Of a DNA stretch of 64,000 nt, positions 45,978-57,195 are shown piece after piece (position 1 is the first letter of the stretch; each line of letters begins with the position of its first letter). The stretch is taken from contig CAVYRF010000002.1 of NCBI GenBank assembly GCA_963770895.1, positions 1,408,001 through 1,472,000 on the forward strand, in the 5' to 3' direction. Position numbers and translations under genes: made by a program. The notes under the pieces are model-generated. The model was not told the DNA's origin and did not search any database. It was given only the letters and a program-made list of their open reading frames with translations. The DNA comes from an uncultured Acidobacteriota bacterium (GTDB lineage Bacteria > Acidobacteriota > Thermoanaerobaculia > Multivoradales > UBA5704).

Positions 45978-48900
45978 ATGAACGCCAACCACCCACCGCG
46001 CCCGTCCCGGCGCCGCCACCGCGCACCGCTGACCCTGGCGCTCGCCGCCGCGCTGGTCGCCGGCACGGCGCACGCCGACGACCGCAGCCTGCTCGAAAAC
46101 ACGCAGACGACTCCCTACGTATTCATCATCCTGGACACCTCGGGTTCGATGCATCAGGAGATCGCCTGCTCCGCCTCGGACGTGGCGGCCGGCTATTGCA
46201 CCCAGGAGTGCGACCCCGGCGACTGCCTGCCGCACATGATGGGTGACGACCCCGATTCAAAGATCTACACTGCCAAGCAGTCGATCTACGACATCATGCA
46301 GTCGCACCCCAACATCAGTTTCGGCTTTGGCCACTTCGATCAGGTGGGCCTGCACGTCAACTGGAAGTGGTGGTGGTACGAGACGTCGACGGGCACGACG
46401 CCGATCACCGATTCGACCACCGGTTTTTCGTATCCGGTGGTGGCCAACCAGCAAGAGCTGTTCGGCGACCAGGCCTGGGCGTGCACCAGCCCCGGCGATG
46501 CGGGCAGCTATCCCTACTACAACGTCGGCTGCATCGAGACCCAACCGGCCCACCTCGACAACGCCTGGGAAATGGAGCGCGCCGAACGCTACCCCAAGCT
46601 GGGCGACACCAACACCGCCGCCGCCTACTCCTACTATCTGAACAAGAGCGCCAGCAGCACCACCAATCCGACGTACAAGGTGACCTTCACCCCGGTCACC
46701 GGGCAGACGATGGGCGCCTCTTCGATCAACGTTTCGGTCAACCTCACCAAGTGCAAGAACAGCACCTGCACCGGCACCAGCGGCGCCACCAACATCGGCA
46801 CCTCGACGATCACCTACACCCTGGTGCATCCGACCGTGTATTGGGACCCGCCGTTCGAGCTCAACGGTACCAACATCCTCAATTCCACCGGCACCGCGGG
46901 CGGCACCTACTACGGCTACGACTACCAGGTGGAATTGAACGGCACCGCCAACCTGGCGGGCTACGACTACGCCCTGGACGAAAACAACAACACCGGCAAC
47001 GACCCCTGGGCCACGACCGGCACCGGCTGCACCACCACCCTGTCGACCAACCTCTGCGACATGGGGCAGGCGCTGACCACCGACCCTTACGGCCGCACCG
47101 CAACGACCTCGGCGCCCAACGCCAACAGCCCAACCGGCACCACGTCCATCTTTCAGCTCGGCAACGTGATTCCGCTCGACTGGAAGACCAACCAGCAGAC
47201 GGCGATCATGAACCGGATGGCGCCCAACCTGCTGAACACCGCCAACACGGTGCCCGACTTCGGCATCTCCGACTACATGGCGAACCATCCGGTCTCGGGA
47301 CAGGAGGGGTTGCAGCTGGCCAACGCCGCCCAGCGGCCGCTGACGCCGGAAGGCGGCACGCCGACCGGGCACGTGATGATGAGCTTTGCCGACTGGATGA
47401 ACGGCAGCACCTGGTATCAGAACGGCGCCCTGGGGACTGGCACGAGCGGCTCGTTCAACCCGCAGGCGGTGACCAACAGCTGGATCGGCGCGGCCTCGGC
47501 TACGACCGGCGATCCGTTCTTCGCCTGCAAGCCGGTCTACGTGCTGCTGCTCACCGACGGCCTGGCGAGCAGCGACGACGGCAACTTCGGGCTTGACCCC
47601 ACGGCGTGTCCGCTATACCACAAATACGAAAACACGTACCTGGGCGTCTCGGACGCTACCACCAATCCCAACGCGCCCGGCTTCGCCTGCTGCGCGGCGG
47701 AAGCGCTGCGCACCATCACCTTCGGCTCGCCAGCCCAGGCTTATCCCGTGCGCACCTACGCCATCGGCCTGGGGCTGACCGCGACGACGGTCGGCGGCTA
47801 TAACAACACGCTGCAGTGCGTCACCGACGAAGGCGGCACCGGCAACCGGCACTTCTTCAACGGCACGCAGTACAGCGCCGACGGCGACTATGCCGGAATC
47901 AGCTACCCCGGCTTTCCCAAGACCGACCCGCCCGACGCCACGTTCTGTTCCGCCGCCAACCCCTGCGACGGACCGGGACCGATCTTTCCGCAGAACAAGC
48001 CGGCGCTGCTGGCGGCGATCCAGAACGTGCTCAACCTGATCGAATCGCAGACCTCGGCGTTCGCCTCGGCGGCGGTGCCTTCGATCCAGTCGAACATCGC
48101 CAACAAGTCGATCCTGACCAGCTTCCTGCCGATCAACGAACCGATCTGGCCCGGCCGCGTCGACGCGTACATCGACCCGGTGCCGGTGAAAGCCACCAAC
48201 GTCACGCTGCCGGACGGCACCGTCACCCAGCAGCCGCTGCCCGACCCCACGCAGCAGTGCTCCGCCAGCATCCAGCAGGAGTGCCACCTGTGGAACGCCG
48301 GCGACCAGATCCTGGCGCAGGGGCTGGTGGGCATGGACACCGCCGGCACCAACGCCTCGGAGCGGCGCGTCTACTACGCGCCGCTGATCCCGTTCGTTGC
48401 TGGACAGAACCGTTTCTTCTTCCAGACGCCGGCGGTGACCTCCACCAACTACCTGACCGATCTCGAGCAGGCGATGGGGATTTGCGGTCCGGGCTTCTAT
48501 TTCTACCCGCCCAGCACCGAAACCCAGACGACCGAAACCGCCTGCCCCACCACGCAGACCGCTACGTCGACGCAGTTCCTGACGATGCAGCAGGCGGTCA
48601 ACTTCACCACCGAGGTCAAGCAGTACACCAACCCCTCGACCAACCAGCCGGTCTCCTACCTGCTGGGTGACGTCTTCCACTCCAACCCGCAGGTGCTGGG
48701 CAACCCGTCGGACCCGGTGCTGTTCGAAGGCAACGTCAACGGCTACCAGACCTTTGCCAACAACGAAAACTATCGTCGCAAGGTGGTCTACTTTGGCAGC
48801 AACGATGGCGAGCTGCACGCCATCGACGCCGGCACCGTGGTCTCTGGGACGATCGACAGTCAGCCGGCCTGGACGTTCAACAACGGCACCGGCAGCGAGC

Positions 48901-50624
48901 TGTTCGCCTTCATTCCGCGCACCGTGATGCCGACGCTCAGCCAGATGGGCACCGTGTACGTGCCGCCGGCCTATGGCGGCGCCGAAACCTACATGGTGGA
49001 CGGCCCACCCCACCTGGCCGAAGGCTACTTCGACGCCAGCGTCGGAGGCACCGGTGCGGTGTGGCACAGCCTGGTGATCGGCGGCCTGCGCGAGGGCGGC
49101 CACGGCTATTACGCCCTCGACGTCACCCAGCCCGACGTCCTGGTCAGCGAGCCGCTCACGCCAGGCGGCAGCACGTCGACCTTCATCCAGATGCCCAGTC
49201 CCACCGCCAGCAACTATCTGCCCAGCTGCACCAACGGCGGTTCCAGCTGCGGCCAGCTGGCCTACCCGACGCCGCTGTGGGAGTTCACCGACAGCTGCAC
49301 GGTGGTTTCGGGCTGCACCGGCAGCGCCTGCCAGCTCAAACCGTGCGACGAAGACGCTTCCGGCGTGGGGCTGGGGCAACCGGACCTGGGCCAGACCTGG
49401 TCCACCCCCAACACCGGCCGCGTGCGGATCTGCACCACCTCGGCCTGCACCGCGTCCTACGATAAGTGGGTGGTCGTCTTCGGCGGCGGCATGGATCCCA
49501 ACAACACCAACGCCCAGGGCAACTACCTGTACATGCTGGACATGGGCACCGGCGCCGTGATCTACAAGCGGCAGCTCAACGGCTCGGCTCCCAGCGAGGT
49601 GGCGGCCATCGATACCGGCCAGGACGGCTATATCGACACCATCTACGTCGGCACCACCGCCGGCTACCTATACAAGGTGGACCTCACCTCGCCGGCGCCG
49701 ATCGTCGCCATGAGCGGCCTGGGCAACCGGGTCTCGACCAGCTATTGGCAACCGTTCCAGATCTTCAACACCCAGGGACGCCAGATGTACTATCCGCCGG
49801 CGGTCTTCTACATCGCCGACCTCAACGAATACGGCCTGGCCTGGGGCACCGGCAACCGCCAGAACCTGTGGCTGTCCGACACTACGACCGGCCGCTTCTA
49901 CGTCATGGTGGACAACGGCCTCAAGTCGACCACCACAGGTCTGCCGTACACCGCCACCAACCTGACGGAGATCACCCCTGACGGCGCGCCCCTGACCGGC
50001 AACTACCTGGACAGCCCGCCCACCGGCTTCATCGGCGGCTACTTCTTCGAGCTGAACGCCGGCGAGCGGGTGGTGAACGAGGCGTTTACACTGGGCGGGG
50101 TGCTGATCTTCAGCAGCTATCAGCCGACGATCGCGACCGGCGGCACCGGCACCAACCGGGTCTGCGCCGACAGCGGCACCAGCCGCGTCTTCGAGCTCAA
50201 CATCACCAACGGCAACGGCCTGGCCGCCGCCGCCTCGACCTCGGGTTCGGGCTCCAGTGCGACGACCACGGTGAGCTTCACCCGTTATCAGTCGCTCAGC
50301 CAGACGCTGGCGCTCAACATCAACACCAGCCAGTCCACCCCGATCATCTATACCGGCTCCAACCCGGGGCTGCCGGGCTCGGGCAGCACCACCACCAGCG
50401 GCAGCGGCTCGACCGCCGGATCGACCCCCGACCAGAGCTCCGCCTGCGACCCGACCGGCGCCGCCTTCCAGGCCGTGCTCAAGCAGCTGGAGTCGATCCT
50501 GCCGAGCAACTGCCGCTACACCAACGCCACCGTCAATATCAACATCACCACCACCACCAGCCAATCGATCTGCGCCGCCGGGGTGCCGGTCTGCGTCATC
50601 GAGAAGAACTGGAAGGAGTTCTAG
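45978..50624 (+). CDS. pilY1: PilY1/PilC-like tip adhesin with N-terminal vWA and C-terminal beta-propeller (about 1548 aa)
   Basis: GGAGG RBS; signal peptide AHA|D; MIDAS ILDTSGSM...LLTDG; LGDVFHSNP, YFGSNDGELHA, ELFAFIP, GGLREGG, GQTWSTP; Ca-loop DTGQDGYIDTIYVG. Confidence 0.88.
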   Translation: MNANHPPRPSRRRHRAPLTLALAAALVAGTAHADDRSLLENTQTTPYVFIILDTSGSMHQEIACSASDVAAGYCTQECDPGDCLPHMMGDDPDSKIYTAKQSIYDIMQSHPNISFGFGHFDQVGLHVNWKWWWYETSTGTTPITDSTTGFSYPVVANQQELFGDQAWACTSPGDAGSYPYYNVGCIETQPAHLDNAWEMERAERYPKLGDTNTAAAYSYYLNKSASSTTNPTYKVTFTPVTGQTMGASSINVSVNLTKCKNSTCTGTSGATNIGTSTITYTLVHPTVYWDPPFELNGTNILNSTGTAGGTYYGYDYQVELNGTANLAGYDYALDENNNTGNDPWATTGTGCTTTLSTNLCDMGQALTTDPYGRTATTSAPNANSPTGTTSIFQLGNVIPLDWKTNQQTAIMNRMAPNLLNTANTVPDFGISDYMANHPVSGQEGLQLANAAQRPLTPEGGTPTGHVMMSFADWMNGSTWYQNGALGTGTSGSFNPQAVTNSWIGAASATTGDPFFACKPVYVLLLTDGLASSDDGNFGLDPTACPLYHKYENTYLGVSDATTNPNAPGFACCAAEALRTITFGSPAQAYPVRTYAIGLGLTATTVGGYNNTLQCVTDEGGTGNRHFFNGTQYSADGDYAGISYPGFPKTDPPDATFCSAANPCDGPGPIFPQNKPALLAAIQNVLNLIESQTSAFASAAVPSIQSNIANKSILTSFLPINEPIWPGRVDAYIDPVPVKATNVTLPDGTVTQQPLPDPTQQCSASIQQECHLWNAGDQILAQGLVGMDTAGTNASERRVYYAPLIPFVAGQNRFFFQTPAVTSTNYLTDLEQAMGICGPGFYFYPPSTETQTTETACPTTQTATSTQFLTMQQAVNFTTEVKQYTNPSTNQPVSYLLGDVFHSNPQVLGNPSDPVLFEGNVNGYQTFANNENYRRKVVYFGSNDGELHAIDAGTVVSGTIDSQPAWTFNNGTGSELFAFIPRTVMPTLSQMGTVYVPPAYGGAETYMVDGPPHLAEGYFDASVGGTGAVWHSLVIGGLREGGHGYYALDVTQPDVLVSEPLTPGGSTSTFIQMPSPTASNYLPSCTNGGSSCGQLAYPTPLWEFTDSCTVVSGCTGSACQLKPCDEDASGVGLGQPDLGQTWSTPNTGRVRICTTSACTASYDKWVVVFGGGMDPNNTNAQGNYLYMLDMGTGAVIYKRQLNGSAPSEVAAIDTGQDGYIDTIYVGTTAGYLYKVDLTSPAPIVAMSGLGNRVSTSYWQPFQIFNTQGRQMYYPPAVFYIADLNEYGLAWGTGNRQNLWLSDTTTGRFYVMVDNGLKSTTTGLPYTATNLTEITPDGAPLTGNYLDSPPTGFIGGYFFELNAGERVVNEAFTLGGVLIFSSYQPTIATGGTGTNRVCADSGTSRVFELNITNGNGLAAAASTSGSGSSATTTVSFTRYQSLSQTLALNINTSQSTPIIYTGSNPGLPGSGSTTTSGSGSTAGSTPDQSSACDPTGAAFQAVLKQLESILPSNCRYTNATVNINITTTTSQSICAAGVPVCVIEKNWKEF

Positions 50625-50669
50625 AAGTTTGGCCTGTATAATCGCCGGCGGAAGGAGGACCAGCCGACC

Positions 50670-51455
50670 ATGAATCGTCGAACCTGCGTTCTCGCCGTCC
50701 TGCTGGCTGGAGCCACCGCCGCGGCCTTGCACGCCGACTGGATCGTCACCCACAAGGGTGAAAAATTCGAGATCCGGGGCGCCTATCAGGTCAAGGGCAA
50801 GCTGGTGGTGTTCACCCTGCCGGACGGCACGCTGTCGTCGATGCGGGCTTCGGCGGTCGATTTCGACGCCAGCCAGCAGGCCACCGACCAGGCTAGCAAG
50901 GATGCCGCGGCGCCGCCTGCCACGGACGAAGGCAAAGCCAAGCGCAAGTCGGTGATCGTCCTCACCGACAAGGATTTCCAAAAGACCCCGGCGGTGGCCG
51001 ACACGCCGCCGGCGGCCGCGGGCAAGGATGCCAAGGACGTAAAGGACGTGGCGGATACCGGCAAGCCGGTCAACCGCGACGCGGTGGAAATCGTCGGCTG
51101 GGACCGCGTGCCCGCCGCCGAAAGCAAGGCCGACGGCGCGGAGATCACCGGCGTCCTGCGCAACACCTCGCAGAACATCCTGACCGAGGTGACGGTGGTG
51201 GCAAGCCTGTACGACGATACCGGCAACATCATCGCCAAGATCCCGGCGACGGTGGACAACCAGGCGCTGCCGCCCAACGAAACCAGCAAGTTCCACCTGG
51301 TCGCCAAGGGCGTTTTCAGCTTCACGACGCTCAAGTTCGATACGCAGTGGAAAGGCGTCAAGAGCAAGGCGGCGCCTGCCGCGGGAGCCGCAACGTCGGG
51401 GGCCGGGACGCCGGCGGCCGCGACACCCCCGCCGACACCGCCGCCCACCCGCTGA
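50670..51455 (+). CDS. Secreted protein with a C-terminal FxLYD-like domain
   Basis: Signal peptide LHA|D; ITGVLRN...VVASLYDDTGNII...LPPNETSKF. Confidence 0.65.
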   Translation: MNRRTCVLAVLLAGATAAALHADWIVTHKGEKFEIRGAYQVKGKLVVFTLPDGTLSSMRASAVDFDASQQATDQASKDAAAPPATDEGKAKRKSVIVLTDKDFQKTPAVADTPPAAAGKDAKDVKDVADTGKPVNRDAVEIVGWDRVPAAESKADGAEITGVLRNTSQNILTEVTVVASLYDDTGNIIAKIPATVDNQALPPNETSKFHLVAKGVFSFTTLKFDTQWKGVKSKAAPAAGAATSGAGTPAAATPPPTPPPTR

Positions 51456-51461
51456 ATCACT

Positions 51462-52805
<1,344 letters not shown>

Positions 52806-52824
52806 GGTTGACTGGACCGCGCCT

Positions 52825-54246
52825 TCAGGCGCCCTCGCCGCCACCGGCCCACGCCGCGGCGATCGCCGCCACCAGCGCCTGGTCGTCCGCCGGCGCCACC
52901 GTGCGCAGGTCGAGCATCACGCGGCCGCGCCGCAGATAGCCGACCACCGGCGGCTCGCCCTGGCGCAGGCGGGCCAGCAGCGCATCGCTGCCGGGCAGCG
53001 CCAGCGCTTCGCCGCGGATCGGCGCCTCGGGAGCCGAGCCGCCGCCGACAAAGGCGTCGGCGGCGACGATCTCCACCAGTCCGCCGGCTGTCGCCGTCGC
53101 CAGGCTGGTGGCGGCGCGCTCCAGCCGCTCGCGATGCAGGCCCGCATCGGGCCACAGGCCGTCGAGCGGCAAGGGCGCCGCGGCAAGATGGAGCTGCAAC
53201 ACCCCCGCGAGCGCCGCCAGCGCCATGCGGTCGGGGCGCAGCACGCGGTACAGGGGGTGGCGGCGGCAGCGCTCCAGCAGCTCGCGGCGCCCCAGCAGCA
53301 GGCCGGCCTGGGGGCCGCCCAGAAGCTTGTCGGCGCTGCCGCAGACCAGGTCGCAGCCCAGGCCGACCAGCTCCGCCATGCTGGGGTGGTCCGCCAGCTG
53401 CGGTTCAGGCCGGCGGCGCAGCAGACCGCTCCCTTCGTCCACCAGGACCGGGATGCCCAGCCGCTGCCCCAGGCGGGACAGGTCGCCCGCCGCCACCGCG
53501 GCGACGAAGCCCGACAGCCGGAAGTTGCTGGGAAACACCTTGAGCAGCAGCGCCGTGTCGGGCCCCACCGCCGATTCGTAGTCGGCCAGCCGGGTGCGGT
53601 TGGTGGTGCCCACTTCGACCAGGCGCGCGCCGGCGGCGGCGAGGATGTCGGGGATGCGGAACGAGCCGCCGATCTCGACCAGCTCGCCGCGCGACACGAC
53701 GACCTCGCGGCCGGGCGCCAGCGTGGCCAGGCACAGCAGCAGGGCGGCGGCGTTGTTGTTGACGGCGAGCGCCGCGCCGGCGCCGGTGGCGGCGGTCAGC
53801 AGGCGCTCGACGCGCGCGTTGCGCTCGCCGCGACGCCCCGTCGCCAGGTCGATCTCCAGGTCGCAGTAGGCATTCAGCAGCTGGGGCAGCGACGCCGCGA
53901 CCTCCGGCGGCAGCGGCGCGCGGCCCAGGTTGGTGTGCAGCAGCACGCCGGTGGCGTTGAGCACCCGGCGCAGCGGGCGCCCCAGGGCGCGGTCGAGCTC
54001 ACCTGCCAGGAGCGCCGGCAGCCGCGCGAGCTCGTCCCGCAGCATTTCTTCCCGCTCCGCCGCCGGCGCCCCGGCAGCGCCAGCCGCCGCCAGGCGGTGA
54101 CGCAGCGCGGCAAGGACGCGGCGGGCTTGGACCTTCACCTGCTCACGTCCGTATAATGAAACGAGCGCCACCACCGCCGGTTCGGCGAACAGCCGGTCCA
54201 GCTGCGGCACGCCGCGGCGGGCATCGGATGGAGTGGGCGGCGCCAT
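52825..54246 (-). CDS. selA: L-seryl-tRNA(Sec) selenium transferase
   Basis: VLNATGVLLHTNLGRAPL, VNNNAAA, SRGELVEIGGSFRIP, EVGTTNRT, SADKLLGGPQAG. Confidence 0.93.
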   Translation of the reverse strand: MAPPTPSDARRGVPQLDRLFAEPAVVALVSLYGREQVKVQARRVLAALRHRLAAAGAAGAPAAEREEMLRDELARLPALLAGELDRALGRPLRRVLNATGVLLHTNLGRAPLPPEVAASLPQLLNAYCDLEIDLATGRRGERNARVERLLTAATGAGAALAVNNNAAALLLCLATLAPGREVVVSRGELVEIGGSFRIPDILAAAGARLVEVGTTNRTRLADYESAVGPDTALLLKVFPSNFRLSGFVAAVAAGDLSRLGQRLGIPVLVDEGSGLLRRRPEPQLADHPSMAELVGLGCDLVCGSADKLLGGPQAGLLLGRRELLERCRRHPLYRVLRPDRMALAALAGVLQLHLAAAPLPLDGLWPDAGLHRERLERAATSLATATAGGLVEIVAADAFVGGGSAPEAPIRGEALALPGSDALLARLRQGEPPVVGYLRRGRVMLDLRTVAPADDQALVAAIAAAWAGGGEGA

Positions 54247-54304
54247 TTGCAGGCAAGATCGATCCGGCGTACGACAAAGGCCGATCAGGCATTCTAGGAG
54301 ATCC

Positions 54305-55033
54305 GTGGACCCGAAGCGAAACCCGCGCATCGAGGCGGCCGGCAGTCGCGGCGGCGGCAGTGCCGCCGGGGCGCCGTCGATGGCGGCGGCGCGCGCCGCC
54401 GGCCGCGGCGGCGCCGCCGGTTCGGGCGCCGCGGGCTCGCAGTCCGCGGCGGGCGCCGCGGCCAGCCCGGCGCTCACCGCGGCCATCGATCAGCTGGCCG
54501 CCGACCTGAACCAGCTGCGGGTCGATTACGACCGCTTTTTCGCCGGCGCGCTCGCCTTTCCGCCCGAGGAGCTGCGCGGGCGGGTGCAGACGCAGCTGCG
54601 CAGCCTGCGCAACCAGAGCGGCGGCACCACCGTCGAGCGCTTCCGCATGGCCGACCTCGAAGCCCGCTACAACAGCTACAGCGAACTGTTCAACCGGCGC
54701 GTGCGCCAGCGCGAAGAGGGGCGGCGCCCGTCGCCGCACGCGCCGGCCGCCGGTGCCATGGATGCCCCGCGCTACGATCCGGCGGCCGGCATCCTGGTCG
54801 GCACGACGGTGGATCCGGCGGCGGTCGCAGCGCTGTACGCCGGCCTCCACGCCGGCGAGCAGGCCGGTCCCCGCTTCGACCTCGCCACCTTCGACACCTA
54901 CCTGCGGCGGCAGGCGGAGGCGATCCGCGCCAAGGCCGGCTGCCAGGACGTCCTGTTTCGCCTCGCCGCCGAAGACGGCAAACTCAAGCTCAAGGCTCGC
55001 CCGGTGGGCGGCTCCGGCAACCCGCGCCCCTGA
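54305..55033 (+). CDS. Hypothetical protein resembling the MXAN_5187 C-terminal domain; start uncertain
   Basis: LRVDYDRFFAG...PP, RFR...RYNSYSELFNRRVRQREEG, FRLAAEDGKLKLKARP. Confidence 0.6.
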   Translation: MDPKRNPRIEAAGSRGGGSAAGAPSMAAARAAGRGGAAGSGAAGSQSAAGAAASPALTAAIDQLAADLNQLRVDYDRFFAGALAFPPEELRGRVQTQLRSLRNQSGGTTVERFRMADLEARYNSYSELFNRRVRQREEGRRPSPHAPAAGAMDAPRYDPAAGILVGTTVDPAAVAALYAGLHAGEQAGPRFDLATFDTYLRRQAEAIRAKAGCQDVLFRLAAEDGKLKLKARPVGGSGNPRP

Positions 55034-55047
55034 CGTAAGGAGATTTC

Positions 55048-56049
55048 GTGAACAGAACCCGCTCGTGCCGACCCTCGACCTTCCCCCTTTTCACCGTCCT
55101 GGGGGCGGTGCTCGCCGCCGGCGCGCTGATCGCCATCACCGCCATGGGCGCCCGCGCGGCGGTGCCGCCCAATCTCAACAAGGCGATCGACGCTCAGAAG
55201 CGGCTGACGACGCAGCAGCCCAACGACGCGGCGGCGTTCAACGACCTGGGCAACCTGCTGGTTCTGGCGCACCAGTCGACGGATGCTGAAGCCGCCTATC
55301 GGCGCGCCGTAGAACTCGACCCGCGCCGCACCTCGGCGCTGTTCAACCTCGGCCTGCTGGAGCAGCAGTCAGGCAACTCGCGCGACGCCAAGCAGCTGTA
55401 TGAAAAGGTCGTCGAGATCGAGCCGCAGCACGCCTGGGCGCACTACCAGCTGGGCACGATCTACGAGCGCAGCTCGGCCAAGTCGCGCGCCATCCGCGAG
55501 TATTCGCAGGCGTTCGCGCTCGATCCCCAGCTGGCCTTCCGCGAGGTGAACCCGCAGGTGGTGGAAAACAGGCTGGTCACCGAATCGCTGTTGCGCGCCT
55601 ACCAGCGCCAGTCGGCGGCCGGCGAGGCGCAGCCGATCTATGACGAGCCGTCGCGCATTCGCGACCTGCTGCTGGCGCCCAGGGAAGCCGATACGGCGAA
55701 CGCCCAGGCGGACCCCACTCAGCACCCTGCCGTCCTGCGACAGAAGGACCTGCCCACGGGCAACGTCGGACAGGCGACCCCGCCGGGCACCAAAGGCGGC
55801 GCGGCGCCGGCGCCGCAAGGCCGCCCCGCCATGCCGGGCGTCGGGGTGCCGGGCGGCTACGCCGGCGCCGGCGTTCCCAACGCGCGCCAGTGGTCGCGGC
55901 CCAATCCCATCACGACCGTCCCCAATTCCAATCTGGACGCCACGCCGGGCACCGTCATGACGCCGCCGCCGACGGGCCTCTACTACCGGCCCGGCCTGCC
56001 CAGCACCGGCCGGCTGGAAACGCAGGTGGTGCCGCAAGAGAACGGCTAG
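55048..56049 (+). CDS. Secreted TPR protein with a Pro-rich tail
   Basis: AAGGAG RBS; signal peptide; AFNDLGNLL, ALFNLGLL, AHYQLGTIY. Confidence 0.8.
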   Translation: MNRTRSCRPSTFPLFTVLGAVLAAGALIAITAMGARAAVPPNLNKAIDAQKRLTTQQPNDAAAFNDLGNLLVLAHQSTDAEAAYRRAVELDPRRTSALFNLGLLEQQSGNSRDAKQLYEKVVEIEPQHAWAHYQLGTIYERSSAKSRAIREYSQAFALDPQLAFREVNPQVVENRLVTESLLRAYQRQSAAGEAQPIYDEPSRIRDLLLAPREADTANAQADPTQHPAVLRQKDLPTGNVGQATPPGTKGGAAPAPQGRPAMPGVGVPGGYAGAGVPNARQWSRPNPITTVPNSNLDATPGTVMTPPPTGLYYRPGLPSTGRLETQVVPQENG

Positions 56050-56080
56050 CGGCAGTAGCCGGGGGGGACGGCGGCGTGGC

Positions 56081-57148
56081 TCAGACGTTGAAGCGGAAGT
56101 GCACCACGTCGCCGTCCTGCACGACGTATTCCTTGCCTTCCAGGCGCAGCAGGGCCGCGTCGCGGCAGGCAGCCAGCGAGCGGGTGCGCAGCAGGTCGTC
56201 CCAGCGCACCACTTCGGCACGGATGAAGCCGCGCTCGATGTCGGAGTGGATGGCCCCGGCGGCTTCGCGGGCACGGCTGCCGCGGCGCAGCGCCCAGGCC
56301 CGCACCTCGTCTTCGCCGACGGTAAAAAAGGCGATCAGGCCCAGCAGGTCGTAGCTCGCCAGATTGACCCGGTCCAGGCTGGATTCGGTCAGGCCCAGGT
56401 CGGCCAGGAAGTCGCGCTGCTCGGCGGGCGGCAGGCGGCTGATCTCGTCCTCGATCGGGGCGCTGACCGTGATGGCGTGGACCGCCGGCCCCGGCACGAT
56501 GCCGAACTGCTCGACTCCGGCGGCGGCGCGGTCTTCGCCGGCGTTGACCACCAGCAGCATGGGCTTGGCGGAAAGCAGCTGAAAGCCGCGCAGGCGGCGC
56601 TCGTCGTCCGGTTCCAAAGCGATGCCGCGCAGCGGCCGCTCGGCCTCCAGCGCCGGCAGGATGACGTCGGCGAGCAGCGCCTTTTCGCGCTGCTCTTCGG
56701 GCGTCAGGCCGCGCTTGACCGCCTTTTCGAGGCGTTCGATGCGCCGCTCCACCAGGTCGTGGTCGGCCAGGATCAGCTCCAGGTCGACCATCGCCGCGTC
56801 GCGGGCGGCGTCCACCTGGCCTTCGGGATGGACGATCTCAGGATCGTCGAAGGCGCGCACCACGTGCACCAGGGCGTCCACGGTTTTGAGCTTGGCCAGG
56901 TCCAGGCTCTCGGCGCTTTCGCCGCGCTTGATGCCGGGGATGTCCATGTATTGGACCGTCGCCGGCACGTAGCGGCGCGGTTTGAACAGGTCGCGCAGCT
57001 GCTCCAGGCGCGCGTCGCGCACCGTCGCCATGCCCAGGTGGGTCTCCCCCGAGGCCGCGAACTTGCCCGTCGCCTGCTGCGACGCCGTCAGCGTGTTGAA
57101 CAGCGTCGTCTTGCCCGACTTCGCCAAACCGAGAATGCCCAGCTGCAA
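56081..57148 (-). CDS. ychF: Redox-regulated ATPase YchF (Obg family)
   Basis: TTG start after GGAGAGG; LGILGLAKSGKTTLFN, DIPG, HVVRAF, FFTVGEDEVRAW, AGAIHSD, EGKEYVVQDGDV. Confidence 0.92.
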   Translation of the reverse strand: MQLGILGLAKSGKTTLFNTLTASQQATGKFAASGETHLGMATVRDARLEQLRDLFKPRRYVPATVQYMDIPGIKRGESAESLDLAKLKTVDALVHVVRAFDDPEIVHPEGQVDAARDAAMVDLELILADHDLVERRIERLEKAVKRGLTPEEQREKALLADVILPALEAERPLRGIALEPDDERRLRGFQLLSAKPMLLVVNAGEDRAAAGVEQFGIVPGPAVHAITVSAPIEDEISRLPPAEQRDFLADLGLTESSLDRVNLASYDLLGLIAFFTVGEDEVRAWALRRGSRAREAAGAIHSDIERGFIRAEVVRWDDLLRTRSLAACRDAALLRLEGKEYVVQDGDVVHFRFNV

Positions 57149-57195
57149 GGTCCCAACCTCCTCCGTTGCCGGAAAGCCCACGCGGGTGCGGCAGG

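Noticed and set aside
54127-54157. TATAAT inside selA as a promoter for the divergent gene
   Set aside because: The -35 match and spacing are poor, so it cannot be supported without TSS data.
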